From a virus, in the IMG/VR virus record IMGVR_UViG_3300044946_000220, positions 38,035 to 102,034 of that record: DNA of 64,000 bases. One strand, given 5' to 3'. Under the pieces are notes generated by a model, which did no database searches, was not told the origin of the DNA, and worked only from the letters and a program-made list of their open reading frames with translations. Position numbers and translations under genes: made by a program. Within the stretch, counting starts at the first letter, position 1. The number at the start of each line of letters is the position of its first letter. This document shows positions 55,372 through 64,000 of the stretch, piece after piece.

Positions 55372-56040
55372 CTACCGCCTAATGCACGGCGGACCAGCTG
55401 GAGTGGACAGTGTGCGTTCTGCTGACCATCCACGTCGAAGTCGACCTTTCAGAAGCGACACTTTGAATCCAAGCTCTCGCGCCCATTCGGCCATTGTCAG
55501 GCTCTTCCCGCGAAACAGTAGAATGCGGTTGTCTCTGCGGTTATTGGACTGAGTCTTCTTAGTGGCCCACCGGCAGTTTGCTGGCTCGTAGTTGCCGTTC
55601 ACGTTTATCCGATCAATGGACAGATCTGATGAAGTTCTTTCACCCATGTCTGCCATGAATCGCGCGAGTCCGTTGGGCCCCATCCACTCTTCGCATACTA
55701 GAATCCCGCGTCCGCCGTACCTGTCCCAACTGGGATCGTATTCTTGAGTGCATCGGCAGACCATTGCATACCAACTGTTCCAGGTGAGCCTGTGCTCGCG
55801 TTTTCTACTGGGCCCGTAAACGCGAACGACATTGTGGCCCACAATCCTTGCCTTTTGTCCGGGTGCCAAGTCTTTGGGACACCGTCTAGGCCCGTTTCTT
55901 CGCAAATCGTTGCCTGCAACAACGACCTCCTCTCCGCACTTGCACCTGCACAACCACGTTGCAAAGCCCCATCTATAGCCGTGTCTTCGGACTACTGTAA
56001 CATCGCCGATCACCGCATTGGTCATATCCACCAGTCGCAT
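55372..56040 (-). CDS. HNH homing endonuclease
   Basis: CRCKCG, SWYAMVCRC, YGGRGI.VCEEW, SIDRINVNGNYEPANCRWAT. Confidence 0.92.
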   Translation of the reverse strand: MRLVDMTNAVIGDVTVVRRHGYRWGFATWLCRCKCGEEVVVAGNDLRRNGPRRCPKDLAPGQKARIVGHNVVRVYGPSRKREHRLTWNSWYAMVCRCTQEYDPSWDRYGGRGILVCEEWMGPNGLARFMADMGERTSSDLSIDRINVNGNYEPANCRWATKKTQSNNRRDNRILLFRGKSLTMAEWARELGFKVSLLKGRLRRGWSAERTLSTPAGPPCIRR

Positions 56041-56047
56041 TTGCGAC

Positions 56048-56076
56048 TGCGTATCACAACCGAACATAGGAGTCAA
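56048..56076 (-). promoter_or_regulatory. possible leaderless promoter of the HNH gene
   Basis: TTGACT-N17-TACGCA with TGn, ATG 7 nt downstream. Confidence 0.4.
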
Positions 56077-56078
56077 GC

Positions 56079-57005
56079 TTGACGTTTGCATGTAGGCCAG
56101 TCACTGGGGCCAAGCCGTCTCACCAGGCGAAACTGGATCGGCGCGTGCCGCTGGAGCACCACCCAGCCGTCATGTCGGCGCTACTGTCCGACAGATACGG
56201 GTCGACAGCGCTGCCAGCGGCCTTCGACTTGGCGCCGCATCGTCCCGGCGTGTTCGATCAAGGGTCGTGCGGATCCTGCGAGCCTCATAGCGGATCTGCG
56301 GCGGCCTACACGGCGTTTTCTGCTGCAGGTAAGCCACTGGGTTTCGTTCCCAGCATGCGAGTTCTTTACGCAGCTGCGCGCGCGCGTGAACGGGCTGCGG
56401 CCACGCAAGTTGGCAGCCCTTTGCAACCACTGACAGACACTGGCCTGGAAACTGCCGATCTGGTCGCCGTGTTTTCCGAATACGGCGTAATGGACAGGCT
56501 ATCCACGCCTGGACTTGTCGGCGGGCTCACGCCAGACGGAAGATTTAGCGACATCTGGGGACCTCAGGACGTGTCGTCCGTGTCTCCGTCTGTTCCGCCC
56601 AACGTGAACGACGAGTCGAACCTGAAGGACCTGGAGGCGTCGGGGCGGCGTCTGATCGTTGGACAGTACGGGATCAATCTGTCCGGCGACAATTCTGAGG
56701 ATTTGCTGGCGGCTGCCATCGCGAACAACATCCCGGTTCAAATGGCGTTCTTCTGCGACACGGCGTTCCAGCAGTTGCAGCCAGGACAAGTCGCGGCGCC
56801 ACCCAACATGAACGACTCTAACGGTGGCGGTCACGCGGTGTATCTGTCTGGTTACCAAACACAAACTGATGGCTCGCGCGTCTTTACGCTGAGCAACAGT
56901 TGGGGGTTGGGGTGGTGCAACAAGGGGACGTGCCTTGTTGGCTCAGCATGGCTGAAGGCCGCCTGGGAAGCTTGGCCGTACGCAATCGTAGGAGCTTCGT
57001 CATGA
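56079..57005 (+). CDS. papain-family (C1) cysteine peptidase
   Basis: DQGSCGSC, GGHAV, NSWG. Confidence 0.9.
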   Translation: MTFACRPVTGAKPSHQAKLDRRVPLEHHPAVMSALLSDRYGSTALPAAFDLAPHRPGVFDQGSCGSCEPHSGSAAAYTAFSAAGKPLGFVPSMRVLYAAARARERAAATQVGSPLQPLTDTGLETADLVAVFSEYGVMDRLSTPGLVGGLTPDGRFSDIWGPQDVSSVSPSVPPNVNDESNLKDLEASGRRLIVGQYGINLSGDNSEDLLAAAIANNIPVQMAFFCDTAFQQLQPGQVAAPPNMNDSNGGGHAVYLSGYQTQTDGSRVFTLSNSWGLGWCNKGTCLVGSAWLKAAWEAWPYAIVGASS

Positions 57006-57403
57006 TTCGTTTCTCCATCTCCGTGCCTGCAATCGCCAGATCCGCCTTCTTCCTGCTGCTCGCGGTTGTCTTCGCTGGGTGGCTTGGCGGATGCCCATCC
57101 TCGCCGCCCGTAAGCCCCGTGGACGCGTCCGACGCCGCTGCCTTGGGGTTGCCCGACATGGCCCCCATCCCGCCCTCTACGCCCGCCTGCCAAAGCGCGT
57201 GCGCCAACCTGCAGCGCTGGTGCAAGGAAGGCTCAGATCCGCTCTGCCCGACCACGCTGGCAAAGGAAGAGGCTGATCGTCTCGTTGTGCCAACAGACTG
57301 TCCTGCCGGCGCTGGGTGCTCCATGACGTGCGCGTACTGCGCGAAGGCGTCTACGGCGGCAGAGGCCGTGGCTAGATGTGCAACATCTTGTCAGCCTCAG
57401 TAA
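57002..57403 (+). CDS. cysteine-rich lipoprotein
   Basis: Lipobox WLGGC; CQSACANLQRWC and further Cys. Confidence 0.8.
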   Translation: MIRFSISVPAIARSAFFLLLAVVFAGWLGGCPSSPPVSPVDASDAAALGLPDMAPIPPSTPACQSACANLQRWCKEGSDPLCPTTLAKEEADRLVVPTDCPAGAGCSMTCAYCAKASTAAEAVARCATSCQPQ

Positions 57404-57576
57404 CATCAGCAAAGCAGCTGCTCCTGAGCGCCTCCGAAGACTTGGAGGCCTTGCGCCCGCAGTTCAGCATGTGCATTGGCGGTGACTGTCCAGAAGACGA
57501 GCCTATCCGGCAGTCATGGATCTTGGCACTGGACCGCTTCCGTGCCGCGTGCGCCGCATATGTAGACGCCGGCTGA
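57376..57576 (+). CDS. small hypothetical protein
   Basis: Fills gap; start uncertain. Confidence 0.35.
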   Translation: MCNILSASVTSAKQLLLSASEDLEALRPQFSMCIGGDCPEDEPIRQSWILALDRFRAACAAYVDAG

Positions 57577-57599
57577 CTCAATCGAACCGTAGGACAGAC

Positions 57600-58145
57600 A
57601 TGCTTCGCTGGATCAAGGAGAACTTCGTGGTGTCAGACAAGCTCAAGGATCTCTTCGGTGCGGGGTGTTTCACGGTAGCCAGGTACCTTCTGGCTGCGAT
57701 CGTGCTGCTTGTGGCCGCGGTCGTGGCCTGCGGGTGCGCCAGCGGCGGCAAGGCAGCTGCGTATCCGGAGCGAAGCGACGTGCATGCTGCGCTGTTCGCC
57801 AGTGTGTGGGGTTTGAAAGTGCTCAACTCCCAGTGCTTCACCGCGGCGATGGCGTTGAGCCGAACGGGCGACCAAGAGAAGGCTTCCTGGCTCGCGCAGT
57901 CGTGCGACGATAGGCTCGTTGCCGCGCAAGCCGAGCTGGAGCCGGCGCTGGAGGAGATCTCCATCTACCGTCCAGACTCGTACGTGCGCATTGGGTGCCA
58001 CCTGAAGGACACCATGCTTGCATACAAGGACTTGCGCTTGGCCATGGAGTCGCGTGGACTGTATGACGCGGACATTGCGGACGGGCAAACGCAGACGGAG
58101 AAGTTGGTCAAGCTGGCAACGGTTGGCGGAGATTGTGGGAAGTGA
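57600..58145 (+). CDS. membrane/lipoprotein
   Basis: AGGA RBS; hydrophobic stretch ending VACGC. Confidence 0.65.
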   Translation: MLRWIKENFVVSDKLKDLFGAGCFTVARYLLAAIVLLVAAVVACGCASGGKAAAYPERSDVHAALFASVWGLKVLNSQCFTAAMALSRTGDQEKASWLAQSCDDRLVAAQAELEPALEEISIYRPDSYVRIGCHLKDTMLAYKDLRLAMESRGLYDADIADGQTQTEKLVKLATVGGDCGK

Positions 58146-58510
58146 GCCGCGGTTCTCCCCAAGATATGCGAGCGCCGCACCTGAAGCATGATCGAAAACT
58201 GTCTACTCCTAACTCGTTCCGCTGCGTGAAGTTTGGACCAGCGTGGGCTGAGTTTGAGATGATCGTACAGATGACGGATCAGTCTAAGCCAGTGACGGCA
58301 ACGGTGCTTGTTTCAAACGTGAGAGGGCACGGCGTGCGCGGTGCTGGTACGCGCTTCGGTTTCAGGCTAGACGAAGAGCGTTTTTGCGTTGAGTCTGGCG
58401 ACTTCTTTGGCGAAGACGGAAAGCAATTGAACCTGCCTCGCACGGGCCTTGTGCTCGTGGACGTGCCGGCGTGCGCGTGGGTGAAGCGCTTCGAGGAGCC
58501 GGCAAAGTGA
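58142..58510 (+). CDS. hypothetical protein
   Basis: GTGA-coupled. Confidence 0.55.
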   Translation: MSRGSPQDMRAPHLKHDRKLSTPNSFRCVKFGPAWAEFEMIVQMTDQSKPVTATVLVSNVRGHGVRGAGTRFGFRLDEERFCVESGDFFGEDGKQLNLPRTGLVLVDVPACAWVKRFEEPAK

Positions 58511-58511
58511 G

Positions 58512-58823
58512 TTGACAATGATCTACTGTACCTGCGAAGATCCTGGCTGCGATTATTGCCCACTGCATGCGCCTGAGCGGCACGACACAGCGCCTGGCAT
58601 GCCGGCGTTTCGCGAAGTTGTGGCGCACGACGATGAGGACGATCGATGGATCGTGCCGGCGGACATATTTGCCAGTTGGCTTGCCCTTCAGGAGCCGCGC
58701 ATTCCGTTGCGAGCTTACGTCGAGATGTTTGCCGAGATTGGCGAGGAGCTTCCAACCGTGCCGGAGACTCCGATTGCGATAGCCAGCGAGCACGACACGG
58801 ACCCGCCGCCTAGTGGACCATGA
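58512..58823 (+). CDS. hypothetical protein
   Basis: CTC...CDYCPLH N-terminus. Confidence 0.55.
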   Translation: MTMIYCTCEDPGCDYCPLHAPERHDTAPGMPAFREVVAHDDEDDRWIVPADIFASWLALQEPRIPLRAYVEMFAEIGEELPTVPETPIAIASEHDTDPPPSGP

Positions 58824-59101
58824 CGCTAGGGCCGGACGACCGGACCCCTACCGAGGGCTGGGGAGCGAAAGAGCTGCGATTGGCTCGGTTCAAGGCGATC
58901 AACATTGCTGACGACGAGCCCACTGGACGGCAGTGCCCCTGCTGCGATGGTCAAGGTCTTTTGTACGAGTCTACCGGAGTGTCTTACAGGGCTCTGGCAT
59001 GCCCTCTTTGTGAGCAAAATGGATGGGTTTCTGCAGAAGTAGCCCGCGAGTGGAGCATACGCAACTTGTCCAGTAAGGCCCAATCGATAGAGGCAGTATG
59101 A
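58820..59101 (+). CDS. zinc-finger protein
   Basis: CPCCDGQG...CPLCEQNG. Confidence 0.65.
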   Translation: MTLGPDDRTPTEGWGAKELRLARFKAINIADDEPTGRQCPCCDGQGLLYESTGVSYRALACPLCEQNGWVSAEVAREWSIRNLSSKAQSIEAV

Positions 59102-59601
59102 CGAAGACTCTCGCACTGGTATGGGCCCTCGTTGCGGCGATTCATCCAGGCGCCGCTCACACCGGCCAGGTCGGTACCGTGGCGCCCGCGATTGCGTACG
59201 TGGTGGATGCGGACCCTTTGCCTGACACGTGGGATAAGCCGCAAGCCGCCGCTGCGCTGGTGTCCATGGCGTGGAACGAGAGCAGGTTCGGGGCGAATCC
59301 GGTCGGCCCAGCGCGCTGCGACTCTCATGGAGACTGTCACGCATACGGCGTTTGGCAGGCAGAGCACAGGCCGTGGCTTGTAAAGGACGTCGTTGGTGCC
59401 GCTCGCTTCGCCTACAGCATGCTCCGCGTCGGCGTGCGCGACTGCCCCGAAGCGCCGCTGGCACCGATGATCGGCGGATGTTACTTCGCCGGGACGAAGA
59501 AGCCGAATTGGACGGCGCGGGCGATTAGCGACAAGAGGCTCACCGAGGCTGGGCGCATTCTTGACGAGGCGGAAGGCAACGAAACACAGGAGAACTTCTA
59601 A
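59098..59601 (+). CDS. lysozyme/lytic transglycosylase-like protein with N-terminal signal
   Basis: MAWNESRF (catalytic Glu) and AYGVWQ. Confidence 0.6.
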   Translation: MTKTLALVWALVAAIHPGAAHTGQVGTVAPAIAYVVDADPLPDTWDKPQAAAALVSMAWNESRFGANPVGPARCDSHGDCHAYGVWQAEHRPWLVKDVVGAARFAYSMLRVGVRDCPEAPLAPMIGGCYFAGTKKPNWTARAISDKRLTEAGRILDEAEGNETQENF

Positions 59602-59602
59602 C

Positions 59603-60295
59603 GTGATCCACGTAGATTTAGCCCCCCAGATCCGATGGGCAAAAGACGGTAGCGTAGTCGCCACTCCGCGCGAAGTATATGTGTCCAGCTTTTCGCAGTC
59701 AGCCGTGCGCAAGTTCCGAGAGGATGTGGCCGAGGCTGCGGGGTCTGGGCAACCTGTGATTCCACTGCACGTCCAAAGCTACGGGGGATCTGCGCATGGC
59801 CTGCTAGCCATGGTGGACATTTTGGACTCAATTAGAGGTCAGATAGGCATTGCGACTATCGCTACTGGTAACGCCATGAGTGCCGCCTGTGCACTGCTGT
59901 CCTGTGGCGACGAGGGCCTGCGCTTTTGCGCACCAAATGTCACGCTCATGGTGCACGAGGTAAGCTCTTTTTCTGCTGGCAAGACGATCGACATTCAGTC
60001 CGACGCTCGTGAAACGGCGCGGCTCAATCAATCCGTGCTTTCCGTCATGGACCGCGGCTGCGGGCATCCGCCCGGATATTTTAGTCAGCTCATTCACAGC
60101 AAGGGCCACGCTGACGTCTTCCTGTCTGCGAAACAAGCGCTCAAACACAACCTATGCAACGTCATCGGCCTGCCGCACTTGGCCCTCCAAGTCACGGCCG
60201 AGTACGCGTTTGGTGTGCCCGCGGTGCCGAAGCCGCACAAGCATAGCGCCGCCTGTAAACATGGGGGGCCGAAGTCGGGCAAGGCTGCCAAGTGA
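59603..60295 (+). CDS. ClpP-like (S14) protease
   Basis: SYGGS, GNAMSAA, MVHEVS, DVFLSAKQAL. Confidence 0.9.
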   Translation: MIHVDLAPQIRWAKDGSVVATPREVYVSSFSQSAVRKFREDVAEAAGSGQPVIPLHVQSYGGSAHGLLAMVDILDSIRGQIGIATIATGNAMSAACALLSCGDEGLRFCAPNVTLMVHEVSSFSAGKTIDIQSDARETARLNQSVLSVMDRGCGHPPGYFSQLIHSKGHADVFLSAKQALKHNLCNVIGLPHLALQVTAEYAFGVPAVPKPHKHSAACKHGGPKSGKAAK

Positions 60296-61266
60296 GTCTC
60301 GATCCGCAGACCCTGTCTCGCCTTCGCTCCGAGTGGGACGGCCGCCGCAACTCCTCGCTGCCGCCAGCCGCGCCGAGCATGCCGCCGCCGATTGACGAGG
60401 ACCTGCTGGACTTCTACGTGCAGCGCGCGCTCAAGAAGGCGATGCCGCATAAGGATAGTGGGGCTAGGGAGTTGCGGTTGCCTCCGCTGGCACCTGTCGG
60501 GCTTCCGGAACGCAAGTCCAGCATGGACGCGTGGCTCATCTTCAGTGACGCCCACATTCCCTTCGAGAAGAAGGAGTACCTGGACCTAGTTATTGAGATA
60601 GGCCGCACGCTTCGCCCGCACGGCATCGCAATCATTGGCGACTGGGGAGACTTGCTGAGTGTTTCGTCGCACCCCAAGCTGCCTCACCAACTGCAGTGGC
60701 AACTCAAAGACGAGTGCGAGGCTGTCAACGAACGCCTGGATCAGGTGGACGCAATTGGCGCGAAGGACCGACGGTTTTTCACTGGCAACCACGACATTCG
60801 CGGGCAACGTACGGCGTTGCGCCAGATGGTTGGCCTGTACGAGTCGCTAGACCCTGCTTATCTGTACAACCTCAAGAAGCGCGGCTGGATCTCATATCCG
60901 TATCAGCAGCATGCGCTTGTGGGTAAGCTGAATTTGGTGCACGATTGTGGGCACTCGGGCAAATACGCGGTTTGGCAAAACGCCGATGCATTCGGCGCAA
61001 GCACCGTGCAAGGACACGTGCACAACGCAGGCGTGCAATACTTCGGCAGCGTCCTGGGAGATCGCCACATTTCCGCGACCGTGGGCTGGTTGGGTGACGA
61101 TAAGTACGCGGAGTACATGGCGCCGATCAAGCGTACGCGCAACTGGCAGCACGCTTTCGGGTGGGCCTACGTTGAGCGAGACACGCAGAACACTCACATG
61201 CAGGTTGTGCCGATTATCGAGGGGCGCGCAGTGGTAGAGGGACAACTGTTTGAGGCAGCCAAGTGA
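60292..61266 (+). CDS. calcineurin-like metallophosphoesterase
   Basis: SDAHIP, GDWGD, GNHD, QGHVH. Confidence 0.9.
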   Translation: MSLDPQTLSRLRSEWDGRRNSSLPPAAPSMPPPIDEDLLDFYVQRALKKAMPHKDSGARELRLPPLAPVGLPERKSSMDAWLIFSDAHIPFEKKEYLDLVIEIGRTLRPHGIAIIGDWGDLLSVSSHPKLPHQLQWQLKDECEAVNERLDQVDAIGAKDRRFFTGNHDIRGQRTALRQMVGLYESLDPAYLYNLKKRGWISYPYQQHALVGKLNLVHDCGHSGKYAVWQNADAFGASTVQGHVHNAGVQYFGSVLGDRHISATVGWLGDDKYAEYMAPIKRTRNWQHAFGWAYVERDTQNTHMQVVPIIEGRAVVEGQLFEAAK

Positions 61267-61658
61267 TTCAACCCACGTGTAACTGCGCCGACGGGTCTGG
61301 CAGTCAGGTGGCCTCGTGTCAACTACACATGGGCGGTCTACTCCCACGTAACCGGCCCAACTACGATCCGCCCAACCTTACGCAACAGTCGCTGGCCGGT
61401 CAGGGTAGCCTCTCCCAAGCCGGACTCCAGTCGTACGCCTTCACCTGCGAAGGCTGCGGCACGAGCGTCCCCACCATGATGAACGGCCCCGTTCACCGCG
61501 TGGCCGAGTGCATCGCGTATCACAAGGGGTACCAGGACGGGTTGGAGGCCTCCCGCAGCCTCGCCTCCCAGGGCGCGCTCAACCAAAACGAGACGTACGC
61601 GTCCCAGGTACCGCAACGCCAGGCCTACCACGGCCAGCGGCTCGGGTGCATTCAGTGA
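61263..61658 (+). CDS. hypothetical Gln-rich protein
   Basis: Coupled on both sides. Confidence 0.55.
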   Translation: MIQPTCNCADGSGSQVASCQLHMGGLLPRNRPNYDPPNLTQQSLAGQGSLSQAGLQSYAFTCEGCGTSVPTMMNGPVHRVAECIAYHKGYQDGLEASRSLASQGALNQNETYASQVPQRQAYHGQRLGCIQ

Positions 61659-62266
61659 CCGCCTCACCGCTCACAACCTTCGCGCTCATCGTCGGCGAAT
61701 CCAAAGGCGAACGTCTAGCGCGCATCGTGCGCTCATTCGATGGCTGTAGCCTCAGCAACCGCCGCCAGGAGCTTGGCGAGCTTGTTGCGCGTGGCGTGGA
61801 TTCCGCGGACGAAGTGGTCGCGATTCGCACAAATTGCGGAACGTTTTCCCTAGGCATCCTAGCCTCCGCCTGCGCCACTACCTCTGTAGACGAAGCCAGA
61901 GCCGCTCACCCGCTCCTTGCGACGCCTTACGTCACCGGCATGGCCTTCGCTTGGCTTGAGACCATCGGCCGCTCCTGGGGCGCCTGGCGAGCCGCAAAGC
62001 CCGGTGACATCGTTCCGGTAGGCGCGCTCATGCACTACGGTATTGTCGGCAGAACGGTGGACCACGCCGAGTGGCTCCTCTCAGAGCCGGACGAACATGG
62101 CGGCGGCGGACGGACGAACAACGCTGTGTCTATTGGCCATGGGGATCCGCATTGGTCTCTCGGGCGCCCACTACTGGAGTGGATGGATCCTGAGCTAATG
62201 CCAATCCCGACGGTGGACACTCAGGTGCAGGTTTCCGACGCGGCTTCTGGGCGGGCACCTGCGTAA
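61655..62266 (+). CDS. possible NlpC/P60 or CHAP-like cysteine amidase
   Basis: TNCGTF ... PVGALMHYG ... DHAEW Cys/His spacing; gene is solid, function weak. Confidence 0.45.
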   Translation: MTASPLTTFALIVGESKGERLARIVRSFDGCSLSNRRQELGELVARGVDSADEVVAIRTNCGTFSLGILASACATTSVDEARAAHPLLATPYVTGMAFAWLETIGRSWGAWRAAKPGDIVPVGALMHYGIVGRTVDHAEWLLSEPDEHGGGGRTNNAVSIGHGDPHWSLGRPLLEWMDPELMPIPTVDTQVQVSDAASGRAPA

Positions 62267-62930
62267 GCGCCCGATCCACGCTCCATTTACTAACGTTTAG
62301 CCTGCTGGAGATCGTATACCGGCTGATGCCGGTTTTTGCCTCCCAGTCAGCTATGCACATAGTCTCGCCGTTGTGCGTAAGCAGCGTGTTGGCCGACCTG
62401 TTTCTAGCCTGTTCGCCTCGTGTCGCCCAGCGCACGTTCCCCGGCTCGTAATTGCCGGATTGGTTTGGGTATCTGTCCAAGGAATGTTGCGGTGTAGGCC
62501 GAGGCCCCATGTCACGCAGAAACTCAGCGAAGTCCTCGCGCCACGGGCCGTGTATGGTTATCCCGGCACCACCGTAGCGGCTATAAGCATCGTGCTTTTC
62601 GTTGCAACACCTAGCCACCATCGCCCGCCAGCAACGATACTCCGAAGACGCCCTCCGCCTATCCCCGTCTGTTGAGACGTTCGTGTGCCCGTGCCTCCAG
62701 TACGGAGCGCGTGGGTTGTACGGGAGCGGCGACGTTGCTGTGTACGTTGGCGGCGACTTTGGCGCGCAACCGCACGACCTAGAGTGGCCAGACAGCAGGC
62801 TGGGCACCAGAACGTTTCGCTCGGTCCCGCACGCGCACTTGCACGACACGCGCTTGCCGATCCTGACGCCGTTGACCGTCCATAGACCGAAAGCGTCACC
62901 CAGGGATATAGCCGTCCGCTTGCTCACCAA
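62130..62930 (-). CDS. HNH homing endonuclease (same family as 55372..56040)
   Basis: CKCACG, YRCWRAMVARC, YGGAGI, HSLDRYPNQSGNYEPGNVRWAT. Confidence 0.92.
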   Translation of the reverse strand: MVSKRTAISLGDAFGLWTVNGVRIGKRVSCKCACGTERNVLVPSLLSGHSRSCGCAPKSPPTYTATSPLPYNPRAPYWRHGHTNVSTDGDRRRASSEYRCWRAMVARCCNEKHDAYSRYGGAGITIHGPWREDFAEFLRDMGPRPTPQHSLDRYPNQSGNYEPGNVRWATRGEQARNRSANTLLTHNGETMCIADWEAKTGISRYTISSRLNVSKWSVDRALTQVPAQKPRRKPAPECPPSGLALAQDPSTPVVGARETNADPHGQ

Positions 62931-62961
62931 CGCTCCTTAGTTACTGCCACCCACCATTCCT

Positions 62962-62997
62962 AGCCCTCCCGGCCTTACGGCTCGGAGGGCTTTTTTT
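62962..62997 (+). terminator. intrinsic terminator ending rightward transcription
   Basis: AGCCCTCC-CGGCC-TTAC-GGCTC-GGAGGGCT followed by a T run. Confidence 0.85.
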
Positions 62998-63205
62998 ATT
63001 GTCCCTCAGCCCGCGCATACTGCCCGCACTCGCCGCACTTCGTCACAACGCAACCCTCCTGCCAGTTCGGGTGAATCTCGTCCCAGTACGCCTTGGCCTT
63101 TGCGAACGTCGCATACGGGCCCGCGTACGTCCAAGGCTGATCGGGCGGACGGTACCCGCTGCCGCTAGTTTCCTGGAACGTCCTATGCTTGACGAAGTAG
63201 TTCAT
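62996..63205 (-). CDS. hypothetical protein
   Basis: Purine-rich RBS before MNYFVK; CGEC. Confidence 0.6.
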   Translation of the reverse strand: MNYFVKHRTFQETSGSGYRPPDQPWTYAGPYATFAKAKAYWDEIHPNWQEGCVVTKCGECGQYARAEGQ

Positions 63206-63255
63206 CTCTTCTCTCCCGGCCCTCTCCCCGGCTTGTACTCCGCGCACCACGTATG

Positions 63256-63423
63256 CTACACCAGCGCGTCACGGCCTTGATCGTCAACCTTCGGCGCCTC
63301 AATCTCACCCTGCCCGCACGCTTTGCATTGCAGCACCACGTATCCCGTGTGCGTCACGAAAACAGGCACAATGCGGTGCTCCGAACACGGGATTGGGTTG
63401 CAGCCTACGCCGGGAACGTACAT
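63256..63423 (-). CDS. small zinc-binding protein
   Basis: GAGG RBS; CSEH...CKAC. Confidence 0.55.
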   Translation of the reverse strand: MYVPGVGCNPIPCSEHRIVPVFVTHTGYVVLQCKACGQGEIEAPKVDDQGRDALV

Positions 63424-63430
63424 CTCATCC

Positions 63431-63595
63431 TCATCTCCTCCGGTGGACCCACGCGTCTGTGTCGAAGCACACCACGCCAATCACCACGGCGTTGATCAGC
63501 ACGCCGAACGTGTACCCAATGGCGCACGAATACGCTATCGCGATTGCGCACCAAAACACGCCCACCACGCACCCCATGCGCTCGAATCGATTCAT
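63431..63595 (-). CDS. small membrane protein (MNRFERMGCVVGVFWCAIAIAYS...)
   Basis: Hand-translated 54 aa, hydrophobic. Confidence 0.5.
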   Translation of the reverse strand: MNRFERMGCVVGVFWCAIAIAYSCAIGYTFGVLINAVVIGVVCFDTDAWVHRRR

Positions 63596-63621
63596 ATTCT
63601 AACTTTCGCTAATCGGCCTTG

Positions 63622-64000
63622 TCAAACGTCAGCCTTCACAAGCTTGCCGTTTTGAGACTTGTACCAAGTGTCTTTGAGTATCCCGTACTCGCCGACGTTC
63701 CCCACGCAGGCCCGATACCGCTTCTCGTCCGGTACCCAATACGTCACGATGACGAGACCGTTCTCTCCGGCTTTCGCCATCCCGTTGTTGCCTATCGACG
63801 CAGCGATACCGGACGCACCATCGGACGCCGCCTTCGAGTAGTCGCCGCTGGACGCCGCCGTCGAGGAGTCGCCGCTGGACGCCGCCGTCGAGGAGTCGCC
63901 GCTGGACGCCGCCGTCGAGGAGTAGCCGCTGGACGCCGCCGTCGAGGAGTAGCCGCTGGACGCCGCCGTCGAGGAGTCGCCGCTGGACGCCGCCGTCGAG
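63622..64000 (-). CDS. C-terminal part of a phage protein with STAASSG(D/Y)S repeats (5' end outside window)
   Basis: Hand-translated; ends ...VGEYGILKDTWYKSQNGKLVKADV. Confidence 0.8.
   Translation of the reverse strand, partial: STAASSGDSSTAASSGYSSTAASSGYSSTAASSGDSSTAASSGDSSTAASSGDYSKAASDGASGIAASIGNNGMAKAGENGLVIVTYWVPDEKRYRACVGNVGEYGILKDTWYKSQNGKLVKADV
63841..64000. repeat. 27-bp coding tandem repeat, about 6 copies, truncated by window edge
   Basis: GT(C/A)GCCGCTGGACGCCGCCGTCGAGGA units. Confidence 0.95.

Noticed and set aside
59603-60295. ClpP as the prohead protease
   Set aside because: It is ~30 kb from the head genes and a separate scaffold exists; role left unassigned
26922-62930. 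Group I introns or inteins around the endonuclease genes
   Set aside because: They lie between genes, and the flanking genes look complete
63841-64000. Possible CRISPR array
   Set aside because: Units are contiguous with no spacers and encode an in-frame 9-aa repeat
1-64000. Diversity-generating retroelement, retron, or replication module
   Set aside because: No reverse transcriptase, template/variable repeat pair, DNA polymerase, primase or helicase recognised; replication genes may lie outside the window

Overview
The window is one GC-rich tailed dsDNA phage (or prophage) segment with podovirus-like morphogenesis genes; no host genes, rRNA or CRISPR array were seen. Layout: small leftward genes (1-4.1 kb); a Cre-like tyrosine recombinase split by one in-frame TGA plus a stand-alone serine-recombinase DNA-binding domain (4.8-6.4 kb); terminase (7.5-9.8 kb); a ~15 kb accessory block (metallophosphoesterase, Thg1-like guanylyltransferase, RusA-like nuclease, separate kinase and HAD phosphatase, FkbM methyltransferase, GNAT, a phosphatase/double-glycosyltransferase fusion, GroES, histidine phosphatase); portal, scaffold, capsid, adaptor, nozzle, ejection proteins and tail fibres/spike (25-54 kb); a lysis/protease region (54-62 kb); a terminator and convergent leftward genes. 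Five endonuclease genes of homing-endonuclease type are scattered through it. Top observations: (1) a hidden, diverged second capsid gene with a C-terminal zinc ribbon between the kinase and phosphatase genes; (2) an antisense cassette with its own promoter encoding secreted proteins built from a repeated six-cysteine module; (3) an anticodon-less tRNA-like element near a ligase-free RNA end-repair gene set; (4) phosphatases of four unrelated folds; (5) an ejection protein with three S74-type cleavage motifs. All family calls are motif recognition by eye, without database searches. A myxobacterial host is only an inference.
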